From Macrostomum lignano (Eukaryota): 64,000 nucleotides of DNA. Of the stretch, positions 36,158 to 48,991 are shown piece by piece (the first letter of the stretch is position 1; the number at the start of each line of letters is the position of its first letter). The stretch is from the NCBI GenBank assembly GCA_002269645.1, contig NIVC01002242.1:1-64000 (forward strand). The letters are read 5' to 3'. The position numbers and the translations under genes are program-made. The notes beneath the pieces are model-generated. The model was not told where the DNA came from. It did not search any database and saw nothing but the letters and a program-made list of their open reading frames with translations.

Positions 36158-37232
36158 AGGGGTAGAGTTTATCAGAGAAAATGTACAGTTGGGGTCGGTC
36201 TGAGCTAGTGTACATTAGGGGTAGAGTTTATCAGAGAAAGTGTACAGTTGGGGTCGGCCAGAAGCTAGTGTACATTAGGGGTAGAGTTTATCAGGGAAAG
36301 TGTTCAGTTAGGGTCGGTCTGAGCTAGTGTACATTAGGGGTAGAGTTTATCAGAGAAAGTGTACAGTTGGGGTCGGCCAGAAGCTAGTGTACATTAGGGG
36401 TAGAGTTTATCAGGGAAAGTGTTCAGTTAGGGTCGGTCTGAGCTAGTGTACATTAGGGGTAGAGTTTATCAGAGAAAGTGTACAGTTGGGGTCGGCCAGA
36501 AGCTAGTGTACATTAGGGGTAGAGTTTATCAGGGAAAGTGTTCAGTTAGGGTCGGTCTGAGCTAGTGTACATTAGGGGTAGAGTTTATCAGAGAAAGTGT
36601 ACAGTTGGGGTCGGCCAGAAGCTAGTGTACATTAGGGGTAGAGTTTATCAGGGAAAGTGTTCAGTTAGGGTCGGTCTGAGCTAGTGTACATTAGGGTAGA
36701 GTTTATCAGAGAAAGTGTACAGTTGGGGTCGGCCAGAAGCTAGTGTACATTAGGGGTAGAGTTTATCAGGGAAAGTGTTCAGTTAGGGTCGGTCTGAGCT
36801 AGTGTACATTAGGGGTAGAGTTTATCAGAGAAAGTGTACAGTTGGGGTCGGCCAGAAGCTAGTGTACATTAGGGATAGAGTTTATCAGGGAAAGTGTACA
36901 GTTGGGGTCGGTCTGAGCTAGTGTACATTAGGGGTAGAGTTTATCAGAGAAAGTGTACAGTTGGGGTCGGCCAGAAGCTAGTGTACATTAGGGCTAGAGT
37001 TTATCAGGGAGAGTGTACAGTTTCGGTCTGAGCTAGTGTACATTAGGGCTAAGAGTTTATCAGGAAAATTGTACAGTTTGGGTCGGTCAGAGGCTAGTGT
37101 ACATAAGGGGTAGAGTTTATCAGGGAAAGTGTACAGTTGGGGTCGGTCTGAGCTAGTGTACATAAGGGGTAGAGTTTATCAGGGAAAGTGTACAGTTGGG
37201 GTCGGTCTGAGCTATTAGGGGTAGAGTTTATC
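36158..37232. repeat. 59/60-bp minisatellite with alternating monomers (119-bp higher-order unit), between the convergent Ig and Staufen genes
   Basis: Monomers with AGAAAGTGTAC..GGCCAGAAG alternate with GGAAAGTGTTC..GGTCTGAG. Confidence 0.93.
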
Positions 37233-38073
37233 CGAGGAAGCTAATAACAGAAAGATTATCTGTCTAACAAAGAAACGATTATTCATCATAAATTAGCCCC
37301 AAAAACTAAATAAAACATTAAGAACAAAAGTTAAGTACATTAATTTCTTTTCAGCAAATAGTCACTGTATTATCTATCAGGCAGTCGAGAAGCGCTTGCT
37401 CAGTTCTACATATCATATTGATGATGCAAAGTGTTTAGTTTAGTAAATCTCTCATATCCGCAATCAAATTCACGGCTTCAATTGTATACAATTGGTTAAC
37501 GCAAAACAAAAAATTCAATACACAGACGCGTGCGCGCACTGCTACTGTTAGTAGGTACGAATTATTTAAAAAAGAAACATTTCTTTCACAATGATAAATT
37601 AAAAATAACATTTTAAAGAAGGGAAAGAGAGCAGAAATTGTTACAATAATTACAGAAAATCCATATTAATTGCTACATCAATACCGCAATCAATAAAAAT
37701 TGTTACACAACAAATTAGGGCTGTTCCCTAGGCAACCAACACTGTCAATTTTGAATTGTAACGATTACAAAGACAACTCACTAGAGATTCCAATCTGGTC
37801 ATGTTAGACAAACTAAAAGTACACAACATATCTAATCACTAAGATCTATAAAATCTCCAAATGAAATGTCAGCCATGCCTTCTCTGTTGAACTTTGCTCA
37901 GATTTTATATAAGAAATGAAAACTACAAATTGCTTTGAATCTACCAATAAAAAACACGATTTTGCGGCACAGTTTATCACATATAAAACAAAAAAAACTG
38001 TAAAGACCAATAATAGACTAAATAATAATGACAAGTTTCACTGCGCCCTATTCTACAGTGTAATGCAAGTAAA

Positions 38074-41000
38074 TTACACAGCTGGCACACTGGCTGGGCC
38101 GCACTCATTCAACTCATTAGCAGCAGCCACTTGCGGCTGCTGCATAGTCGAGTTCAAAGACAGCTCAGCCAGCTTCTCTAGTGCGAGCGAAGCGGCTGCA
38201 TCGTGGGCCCGCTCGACGCTGTCGCTCTCGGCGCACAGATCGGGCAGGCGGCCCTGCGGCGAGGAAGGATAAGCAGATTTGTTAGTCATGAAGTACTTGG
38301 ATGCAAAGTGTGCGGATGGATTTGGAAGGGTGAAACTGAAGGATCTTTGGGATCTGGAAGGGTGAAACTGAAGGATCTTTGGGATCTGGAAGGGTGAAAC
38401 TGAAGGATCTTTGGGATTTGGAAGGGTGAAACTGAAGGATCTTTGGGATTTGGAAGGGTGAAACTGAAGGATCTTTGGGATCTGGGAGGGTGAAACTGAA
38501 GGATCTTTGGGATTTGGAAGGGTGAAACTGAAGGATCTTTGGGATTTGGAAGGGTGAAACTGAAGGATCTTTGGGATCTGGGAGGGTGGCTGATAGATCT
38601 TTGGGATCAGGGTGGGTGGCTGATGGATCTTTGGGATCAGGGTGGGTGGCTGATGGATCTTTGGGATCTGGGAGGGTGGCTGATTGATCTTTGGGATCTG
38701 GAAGGGCAACTGATGGATGTATGGGGATCTGGGATGGTCGCTGATGGATCTTTGGGATTTGGAAGGGTGACTGATGGATCTTTGGGATTTGGAATGGCAA
38801 CTGACGGATCTTTGGGATCTGGAAGGGTAACTGGAGGATCTTTGGGATCTGGAAGGGTAACTGCTGGATCTTTGGGATCTGGAAGGGTAACTGCTGGATC
38901 TTTGGGATTTGGGAAGGGTGGCTGATGGATCTTTGGGATTTGGAAGGGTGGCTGATGGATCTTTGGGATTTGGAAGGGTAACTGATGGATCTTTGGGATC
39001 TGGAAGGGTAACTGATGGATCTTTGTGATCTGGAAGGGTAACTGCTGGATCTTTGGGATTTGGGAAGGGTGGCTGATGGATCTTTGGGATCTGGAAGGGC
39101 AACTGATGGATCTTTGGGATCTGGAAGGGTGGCTGATGGATCTTTGGGATTTGGAAGGGTGACTGATGTTTCTTTGGGATTTCGGAAGGGTGCCTGATGG
39201 ATCTTTGGGATCTGGGAGGGTGGCTGATGGATCTTTGGGATCTGGAAGGGCAACTGATGGATCTTTGGGATCTGGAAGGGTGACTGATTGATCTTTGGGA
39301 TCTGGAAGGGCAACTGATGGATCTTTGGGATTTGGAAGGGTGCCTGATGTTCCTTTGGGATTTCGGAAGGGTGCCTGATGGATCTTTGGGATACAAGAGG
39401 GCTGCGGCCTAGGTCATTGTTGAACTTAGCCCGAAGAAATCTCATCTCTCACCTGCACCCCAACCAGCACCCTGGAGCTGTACACAGTCCGGCCGTGCTC
39501 CTGCTGCCTAGCGGAGTCGGCAAATTCCACTGAACAGCCGGCAGCCTCGCACAGGTAGAGCAGCTGAGCCTTGGGCCGGTGGCGACCTCTCAGACAGGCG
39601 GCGCCTGGGTTAATAGTTTCGGCTGTTAGCGACTGGCCCTCGGTGAGCAGCTCGTGAGCAATGAGGCCCAGAGTCTCGATAGGCAAGTCCGTGTGGTCGG
39701 GCAGCGGCGGCAGCGACTCGCCGCCAAGGGTGCCCCTAGCGGACGCTATGATGACCTTCTTGCTCGGAGTCTGAGAAGTTGCGGCAGCAGCGGCGGCAAC
39801 AGCGGCGGATGCGGCCGCTACGGCGGCGGAGTCGGAAGCGGCGTTCGCACTGTCGGCTGCTGGCGAAGCCGACTGAGATTGGTGAGCGGCGCGAGCCAAT
39901 CCCGACTTGAGGGCCGATTTTCGCGGCACGGCGGGCTCAATGCGGCGGTAGCCCATGAGCTCCAGCATTGCCTCGGCTGCCACTCGCTTAGCCAGCTTCT
40001 TATTTGGCCCGACGCCCTGGGTTCGCTCGCCTGTACTGGGCAGCACGCAGTCGATGTGGTATTCTCTGTGCCTGCTGTAGCCTATGGTGGGCCGGTCCAG
40101 CGACAGAGAGTACACCGGGTCTTTCTGCTTGCGGGCCTGGGTTATCTGTATTAGGCGACTGATTGGATTTACCTGCAGGATGGCGATTGAGCATTGTGAA
40201 CTCAAATTTAAGTAAAGGACGATTCTTGGAAACGGTTAATTAAGGAAGCTATTTTATTGACCGAAAACATAAGGGTGATTCTTAGAAACTGTTTAGTGTT
40301 AAGGCGATTCTTGGAAACAGTTCAGGGGCAATTCTTGGAAACAGTTTAGTAGGCAATTCCTGGAAACAGTTTAGTGGGCGATTCTTGGAAAGAGTTTAGT
40401 AGGCAATTCCTGGAAACAGTTTAGTGGGCGATTCTTGGAAACAGTTAATGGGCAATTCTTGGAAACAGTTTAGTGAGTGATTTTTGGAAACAGTTTGGGG
40501 TAATTCTTGGGAAAGTTTGGGGCAATTCTTAGAAACAGTCCAAGGGCGATTCTTGGAAACAATTCAGGGGCAATTCTTGGAAACACTCCAAAGGCGATTC
40601 TTGGAAACACTCCAAGGGCGATTCTTGGAAACAATCCAGGGGCAATTCTTGGAAACCATTCAGGGGCAATTCTTGAAAATAATCAGGGGCCATTCTTGGA
40701 AACAATCAGGGGCGATTCTTGGAAACAGTTCAGGGGCGATTCTTGGAAACAATCAGGGGCGATTCTTGGAAACAATTCAGGGGCAATTCTTGAAAATAAT
40801 CAGGGGCCATTCTTGGAAACAATCAGGGGCGATTCTTGGAAACAGTTCAGGGGCGATTCTTGGAAACAATCAGGGGCGATTCTTGGAAACAATTCAGGGG
40901 CAATTCTTGAAAATAATCAGGGGCGATTCTTGGAAACAATCAGGGGCGATTCTTGGAAACAGTTCAGGGGCGATTCTTGGAAACAATCAGGGGCGATTCT

Positions 41001-43654
41001 TGGAAACAATCAGGGGCGATTCTTGGAAACATTCAGGGGCGATTCTTGGAAACAATCAGGGGCGATTCTTGGAAACAGTTCAGGGGCGATTCTTGGAAAC
41101 AATCAGGGGCGATTCTTGGAAACAGTTCAGGGGCGATTCTTGGAAACAATCAGGGGCGATTCTTTAGAAACAGTTTAAGGGCGATTCTTGGAAACAGTTC
41201 ATTCAAGGGTGGATACAATTTAGGGGAATTTTAGAAAGGCCAATAGTATTGGATATGGATAGTGAAAAATGTTTTGGTGAGTTCAGTCTGTAAACAACAC
41301 GCACGCAGTAATAAACGCACCTGATTTCCATATTGAGGATCAGCTTTCTGCTCTTTAATAACATTTTTAGTCTTCTTTTTACTATCAAATGCTTTAGCAT
41401 AGTAGCTCTTGGATTTCATAGCCACAGTCTGATTGTAGGCCTCTTCTCCCAGCTTGTCCCGCACCAATTCCAGCATTTTAGTGGCGCAAGTTTTCTTAGC
41501 CGTCATCTTGCTTTTACCCTCGGCCTGGCAGACCAAGTCGTCAACTCGGCAGGTGTAACGAAATGTTTTCATATGGGCCGGCCCGTTCTCCGTCTCTAGA
41601 TAGAATTCCACCTGCCAGCGACGCTTATTGGCCACCTCATACAGCAGCGACACGTCCGACTTGTTCGCCGGCGGCCGCTCGCTATTGTTGTCTACGTCCT
41701 CGTCGGCGTGGCCTCCGACACCGTCGCATTCGGCGTCCGAATTGTTGCCATTAGCAACGGTTGCTAAGGGCTTCTGGCATTGATGCTGCTGCTGCTGCTC
41801 TTCGGCTTTAGATGCCGATTCCGATGACGACAGCTGCTTTAACAATCGCAACGCATTAACTGCGGCGTTTTGGCGGGCAAAATGCAAACTGGGCCCGTCA
41901 GCTGTGAATTGGCGATCGCCGACTGTCAGGCGAACGGAGACGAGGCCAGCAGCTGCTGGGTGGTCGCTGGCGGCGGCGACCAGGCTCTCGTAGCGGACTG
42001 TCTCGCCGAGGCGTCTGGCTAAGGCGTCCAGCTCGTGGGTTGGCGGCGGTCCGAGGGCGCGCAGCTCGCGACGTCGTTTAGCCAGCTCGCGTAGGTCGCG
42101 CAGCGTCGGCCGGGCATAGCCGGTGGCTTCGAGTGCGCGCTCGGCTGCGGAGTGTTGCGCCTTCTTGATGCTGAGGCCCGACGCCTGCGGCGGGGGAGAG
42201 TATGTAATATATAAAAATTGCGGACACCATCCCATATCGTTACATAACCAGCAGTGAGGCAATTCTGCTCCATTTGCGCGGCGCTCTGATGTGCCAGCGG
42301 CCCATGCTCGATTCCAAGTGCAGTCACATTAATTTTGGGGCTAAATTGGAATCTCGGCTTGGCTCTGCTCGCGCAATTAAGGGCCTTGAAGGCCAGGCAC
42401 AGTGAAGTGTACATGCCTAACGATAAATAAAGTTAGGGCCGCTGTACACTAATGTGTGAGTGTGTGCCTGCTCAGGGGAGTCGGCGGAATGGGCAGCAAT
42501 GTGCGCCAGGGTGCACACAGCCACCTGCCTGTAATACTGTACTAAAAAAGAACTAATACTATACGCAGGCACGCACTTATCCATACACCTGCTCCAAGGG
42601 TGTACGAGCGGCACTGACTCTCTAAATCGTCAGGCATGTACACCCTGTCTGTGCCTTGAGCGGTTGGCCCTCATAGGCAATGGAATCCAGTCCAGGAGCG
42701 CCAGAGTATCGGTAGAGTTACCGCTTAAGCTTCTACTGGTAATCCTTATCTATGTAGTATATGATTAACAAAAAATTGCTTTACTTTGCCTGCGCTAACC
42801 TGATACTCCTCAGTGCCAAGACGCAGTTTAATAAAGAAAGTCTTCTTATGCGCCGGTCCCTGTTCGTCAACTAGAATGTACTGCGCTGACACCCGGTTGT
42901 GCTTGGCGATGTCGTTCAACTGCGCCATGGGAGTTTTCGGCTTGCCAACCGGGCCGCCTCCATTTGGCATCGAATCGTCTTCCTCAGTTCGAATAGCCGC
43001 CTGACGAAAACCCTGACTAGTTGGCGGCGGAAATGCCGCGTACATTCTAGGATTATTAGCCGTGTAAGACACCTGGTATTGCTGAGTAGTTGCCGGGCCC
43101 GCCATAGCGTAGCTTAATCTAGGATAATTATTATTAGCATGGCTACTAGTGTTGGAGCTGACAATGACGCTACTATTGCTGCTTAGTGGCAGACTGCGGT
43201 AAACAGACGATGCCGGAATCAGATGCTGCTGCTGCTGCTGCTGCTGTCGGACAAATTGGGAGTGCATTGCAGGAGCAGACATTGGCGGCGGAGCCGCAGA
43301 ACTGGCAACAATGCCGCTATAGTACAAAGCAGCCGAGACAGCGACTGAGGCGGCTGCACTAGAGATAGGCGGCTGCGGCTGGGAGGTGGCTATGGGCCAT
43401 AGAGTGGACAGATTATAGGCGCTACTAATGGGATAGCCTGCCGAGCTGCTCACAGCAATGGTATAGCCTGCCGAGCTAACAAGATAGCCGGCTGAGCTAA
43501 ATGGATAGCCGGCACTGCTACTAACTGGGCCATAGTCGAAGCCGAGGCCCTGGCCAACCACAGGATTGCTAGTGAGCTCGGGCTGGACATAGGCGGATGC
43601 TACGCCAGGATAATGGACTGGCGAATAAGCCGTGGACGCCGGGTGACGATTCAT
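38074..43654 (-). CDS. stau: Staufen dsRNA-binding protein, complement(join(38074..38253,39453..40172,41321..42184,42800..43654)), ~872 aa
   Basis: dsRBD1 KTPMAQLNDIAKHN...GPAHKKTF...Q|ASGLSIKKAQHSAA; dsRBD2; dsRBD3 KSDVSLLYEVA...GPAHMKTF; dsRBD4 GNQ|VNPISRLIQI...GPNKKLAKRVAAEAMLELMGY; swapping-motif-like IAHELL; dsRBD5. All junctions phase 0. The start codon is uncertain because the exon is open from the acceptor at 43693. Confidence 0.95.
38320..39390. repeat. 30-32-bp minisatellite (GATCTTTGGGATCTGGAAGGG core) in the last Staufen intron
   Basis: Two blocks of variant units. Confidence 0.94.
40255..41200. repeat. 21-22-bp minisatellite GGCGATTCTTGGAAACAATCAG in a Staufen intron
   Basis: Homogeneous centre with degenerate flanks. 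Confidence 0.93.
42280..42520 (+). mobile_element. Putative tRNA-derived SINE, family A copy 1
   Basis: Shares GATGTGCCAGCG..GCTCGATTCCAAGTG..GTGCGCCAGGGTGCACA with 47768-48100 and with 52325-53075 on the minus strand; B-box-like GCTCGATTCC. Confidence 0.6.
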
Positions 43655-44029
43655 GCAACTGGATTGGTGGCCAAGCTGGCCGCCAGCCAAGGCCTGCAAA
43701 TTCAAAAACAAAGTCAATATATAGTATAGCAACCTTTGAAGTTAGTGATGAATCTTAATATAAGCAAATTTTTCCTAGCATACAATCCCCGCTGAAAACG
43801 GCAACTAGGCCAAGAAGCGTCCTAAAGTTAAGTCGAGTTGTCAAAGAGTCGCCTAAAAGTTTATTTGAGGTGCTTTATTGTCTGCGACTCTAAGATGCTT
43901 CTGTAGTGACTATGGGGCCATGGAGTCGTATCTGAGGCGTGCTAGAGTCGCTGTATCTTAAGGGACTTAAGCAATAGATTTGTGGATATCTGAATAGGGA
44001 ATATGTGAATAGGGAATATTTTTTATTCT

Positions 44030-44235
44030 GTGTACATTTTCTGTACCTAAAAATCATAAAAATGCATGGCACAGCTCCAATCTTTGGTTTTATGAATCTA
44101 TTTTATCATCTCTGTTACAAATATTTGTTACACAGTCAGCTAAGAATGATAAAATAGACTCATAAAACCAAAGAGCTGAGCCGTGCCATTTTAATGGTTT
44201 TTAGGCACAATATAAGTGCAAATGTATGTAAAATA
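44030..44235. mobile_element. Foldback/MITE-like long inverted repeat
   Basis: TCTTTGGTTTTATGAATCTATTTTATCAT (44081-44109) pairs with ATGATAAAATAGACTCATAAAACCAAAGA (44146-44174) with 1 mismatch; imperfect pairing extends outward. Confidence 0.65.
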
Positions 44236-44863
44236 AAAATTAACATAGAATCCTAATTCTTTGAACAAAAAGCTTTATGAATATCGATAGAGAAATAAGA
44301 AAGGCACAACATATCAAAAGATAAACACTAGCTCTGCCTCCTATCAAAAGCAATAACAATTTTTGCGCTCAAAAAATAAAAAATTCTTATCTCTGTAGTG
44401 GATTTTTTTTGGAAAAGACTGCCTTCAAAATTGTCCAAGAAACAAGGTTTCCCATCCTTCTATTTAAGTTGTCCTTGATATAGTTTTGTCTGGTAGTACT
44501 AGCACTACTATAGTATCCAGTATATATGCACAATTTTCAATGCTTTGCATTCTCATTAATAGATTGCAGATTACAGATATCTTTATCAGCTAGTTGCCAA
44601 TGAAATATAACAAATGGTATTGCCAATACCATTTTAGCCTCATCGTCTACTAGCATCTGTCATTGAGTGTGACAAGTATAACTGCTGGTTCCACCAAAAG
44701 TGCTAGACAGATAATTGGAACAGAGTTACCACTATCTACTTAAATCAAGAGCAGAATTTGAATAGACTTGCATAGGGTACAAGGCTGAGACTGCGCCTGT
44801 GGCTAATGGCTAAGCTTTATCTGCAATTGCGGATATATGGTTACTAATGCTAAGGCTGCATCT

Positions 44864-45127
44864 AAGGGCCTTTTCATATTGCTTGCTCTGGTTCCAGAAC
44901 CAGAACCAATTTGTGAAGTATAACTTTTTGTCTCCATAACTAGAGGGAGATACGTGCTATAAAGTTTTTATTATTGAATGACAATCGCCAAGAAGAAAGT
45001 GAAAAATTGTGCTAAGTTAGGTTGTTAAGGCAGTCAAATATTAACAGAGTTTAATAGTTATACTGCTGTTTTTCTTGGAATTCTAAACCGATTCTGGTTC
45101 TGGAATTGGTAATATGAAAAGGCCCTT
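44864..45127. mobile_element. MITE-like element with 17-bp perfect TIRs AAGGGCCTTTTCATATT
   Basis: TIRs at 44864-44880 and 45111-45127, plus an inner TTCCAGAACCAGAA inverted match. No clear TSD. Confidence 0.6.
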
Positions 45128-46014
45128 CGTCTATGGCTATTGAAGCTGTGGCTGTGGTTGCTAAGGTTAAGGCTGTAGTTAAGGCTGCTAAGGCTAAGGT
45201 TGTGGCTGCAGTTGCATGTGTGTAAAAAGAGTGGCCTAGCTAGGTCACCTGGTCAATGGGCCTATAGATATAGACTGGTTATAACATAGCACAGCTAACT
45301 GTCATTGTTCTAACTATCTCTGGACAAGGGCTTTATATTATATTAACAAGTAAGCCTAATATAATGACTCATTATATAGGATAAGGTCTTATCAACCAAA
45401 CAAGATAAGGATAGGCCTACCTTCAAAATGGATTATAGTCATTTTGATAATAATAAAAAGACCTTTTTGGTATTTAGCCATTATGGTTTTAAATAGAAAA
45501 TTATCTTGCCAATCTTACATAATATAAAACTTAAAACTTCACAAGATTGCTGAAATGGTAGTGTTGTCTTGTTTTATTTCATTCCTTTACTATATATATT
45601 GAAATTAGATATTTAAAGTAATTAATGAAAAAAGTAGATTCTATAATTTTATGTTGCTATTTGCTAACTCAGAGATTCTAATGTACATAATATTTGGTCA
45701 ATTACAGGATGCTTGGTGCATGCATCTGACTTATCCAGACCAGAAATTATAATAGATTGGTAAAAAAAACTTTTAAATAAAGAAGTTAAACACATGCAGA
45801 TATATACATGTGTTTTGTTGTATTTTATTTAAAGTTTGTTTCATTTTCTTTTAGATCATATCAATTACTGTTATTCTTACTTGCTACTAAAATGGCTATT
45901 ATTGAAGTAGACTATTATCATATAAATCATCTATTACTCATGACCAACTCATTGACTAACCCATCAAATCTTCTATTTTTCATGGAAGGTTAAGCATGTT
46001 TGTTACTATATATG

Positions 46015-46377
46015 CTGGGTTTTTTGGGCCATAGAGGGTTTTTTGGCCCCTCGAAAATTTCATTAGCAACTGGATTTTAGGCATCAGAGGCCAATCTGGC
46101 AATTTTATTTTCTCTGTGCCAGTTGCCAATTAAAAAATTGTTTTTGCAAGTATAATGAAAGCACCATATGAATTGATATGATATGATAGAATTGTTAGTT
46201 TGTTAATAATATTGTTAGTATAGCATGTACATGTTATTCAAAATTTAGTGTTTTGGAACTACTTATCCTTAAGAATTTGGCTAGTTGCCAATGGGCAACT
46301 GAAAATAGCCATTAGCAACTGGATTTTGAGCATCAAGGGCCAGCTGGCAACTGGATTTCCAACCTTAAAAAACCCAG
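46015..46377 (+). mobile_element. MITE family B copy 1 (TIR CTGGGTTTTTT, 8-bp TSD-like flanks)
   Basis: Flanks are TATATATG and CATATATG; homologous to 54996-55529 in reverse orientation. Confidence 0.7.
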
Positions 46378-46659
46378 CATATATGCACAACAGTCGGCCG
46401 ATCTAGCCGACCAATTTGGCAGCCAACCAAGGTAAGTTGCAAAAATGCCCACCTGAATAAATACCCCAAGTAGTACTAAGTAGATAACAAGGCATTTTGC
46501 CTAAATAAGACAATTAAAGTTACTTCTGCCATTTACTCAAAGTTGCATTAATTTTGCTTTAGGGTTTCTTTTACATGTAAGTTGCATTTTTGGCCAAAAA
46601 CTATTTTTTGTTAAAACTAATTTGCATGGCCAACTGAATTTTGAAGATTGTGCATTATG
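46378..46659 (-). mobile_element. MITE family C copy (TIR CATACATGCRCAAC-like)
   Basis: Reverse-complement match over ~280 bp to 49431-49729. Confidence 0.65.
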
Positions 46660-47749
46660 TTTGTCACCAAAACAACTTTTCACCAAAATGACCTATATTC
46701 TTCCGAATTGAACATGTAAAAAGACTTGTTTTTGTCAAAAATAAATCTAACATGAATATTTCAAGAGCCCACAAAAGTATATCATTTAAGAGAAGATATT
46801 TTCATCTAAAAAGTAAAATAGATAGTAGACCTAATCAATTTATACTTGTAGTTATAAATTATAATCATAGGCATGATATAGCATGAAATATTGAAATAGG
46901 CCTATTGCAATATAATATTAAATCAGAGACTTAAGAAGTTGGTAAAACTAAAAGGCACTTATAGGCCTACATAAGGGTTAAAGAGCACTTATATATGCCT
47001 AACCTCAAAATTTTACCCGTCTAGTGCAACTTAATTTTGTCCAGATTTGCAACTTAGTTTTGCCCAATTGCAACTCAGTTCCTCCTAATTATGACTTAAT
47101 TCCTCTTGATTATGACTTAGTCCTCCTAATTGCTACTTAATTTTCACTTTGTATATGACTTTTTGTGCTTTTTTCTTTTTCTTTCTTCTCTTTTTTCTTC
47201 TTCCTTTCTTTTCCTTTTCTCTTATTCTCCTTTCTTTCTTCTTCCAATTTTCATTTTCACATTTTTAATTTAGCGACTTACCTTGGCTAGCAGCCATTTC
47301 ACCCATCTAGTTCAAATGGGTATTAGACATATATGGGAGCACTATACAAGAGCTAGCGCTATGTATGACCACCTGATGCACAACCAATGGCAATGCGCTA
47401 AAGTTACACATGCTAAGAAATTTGAAATTTTTGATTGTAATCATAAGAGTATAAAGTTGTCTATTCTCAAGGCATTATACATTAAATAGTTAAAGCCCAC
47501 TATAATTCTATAAACATCCAACTTGGTGGTGGAAGGGCGAGTGTCCATTTAAGTATAAGGGTAATCTGACCCTATGCGCTTACCTCTTATTTAGGGCTAT
47601 CTAACTCTGCTAGGCTACCCATACTTGCATCATTTTGGCTTACTAGGGCCTAGACTTTAAAAAAATTACCAACTCTCTATATCAATATTATTGCCTGAAG
47701 TGAAGATGTAGATTGTTTGGCAAAACATGGGGGTCTATACTGTAGCCTA

Positions 47750-48100
47750 GCAGTAGTGCAGCTGCTTTGATGTGCCAGCGACCAAGGCTCGATTCCAAGT
47801 GAAGTCACATTAATTTGGGGCTGAATTGGAATCTTGGCTTGGCTCTGCTTGTGCAATTAATGGCCTTGAGGGCCAACCCTTCAAGGCGTAGTGAAGTGTA
47901 CATGCTTAACAATAATATAGTTAGGGGCCTAGGGCTGCTGTATACTCCTATGTGTATGCCTGTGTATGTATCCACGCACTTGTATGCCTGCTCAGGGGAG
48001 TCAGCAGAATGGGCAGTAATGCCTCTTGCCAGTTGTGTGCTTATCAGCTTATGTCGCTTAAAGTGCGCCAGGGTGCACACAACCCCCTGCCTCTAATAAA
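47750..48100 (+). mobile_element. Putative tRNA-derived SINE, family A copy 2 (CpG-decayed)
   Basis: Colinear with 42280-42520; several CG to TG/CA differences; A-rich 3' end. Confidence 0.6.
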
Positions 48101-48991
48101 AAAATTGGCAAAACATGTTGTGCAATTGCAAGGATTAATAAATTGTAAGTTTGGTATTATTAAAGAAAAAATGCGAATGTTCGTTTTTGCTTTCGTTTTC
48201 CTGGCTTTCCTCAAACGATGTACCTTACCTCGACTCTACTTTTGACTTTAAGCTTAACTTTAACATTTCATAGAATCATAGCGGGCATAGGGCTACAGAC
48301 TAGGCCCTAAGGTCTTCCACTATAGTCAATCAACAGTATTCTTGTGCTCCCTACCCTAGGCTTACTACCGGTAGAAAACAATAATGTTCTGTTCAATAAG
48401 TTGTCAAGCACTCAATATAATCTCTCAATGTGTTGGCACGTAGTTCGAGCCTTGGTCTTGGCTAGTGTAGAGAACCGGTTTTTTCTGCTGCTCAGCGAGT
48501 TCTCAGAAATTATTATTTATTCTTAGTTAGTAAAAGCGCTTTAACTAACAGTAAAACTTTATTTTTTGAAATAAAAGTACTATTCCTTCTAGCAATCGAA
48601 CATCTAAAATTTATTTTGCCGAAAAAAACATTTTGTTTTAGTATGTATTTACAAAAGAGATCCCCGGGTTTATTGTCTGGACATCAACGTAAACAGCGAA
48701 TAAATTTATCATCAGTAGGCGTTGATAATTTTCGGTATCAAGTGCTTTCTAATAACGGTATAAAAGTTGTTAAGATACAACGTTCAGGTTAAACATCTTC
48801 CGTTGTTAGTTTAAAGCGTTGTTGGAATCTAAAAACGAAGAAACTGTTAAACTTAAAAGTTCAATCGATTCACATTGTTATAATTCTTTGTATAGCAAGC
48901 CGACCATTGCACCATTAACAGTTAAGACTTAGATTATCAGCTTCATTCAGGCTACGACTTATCTATTATCGTATTACTTTCGTTCATAGAC

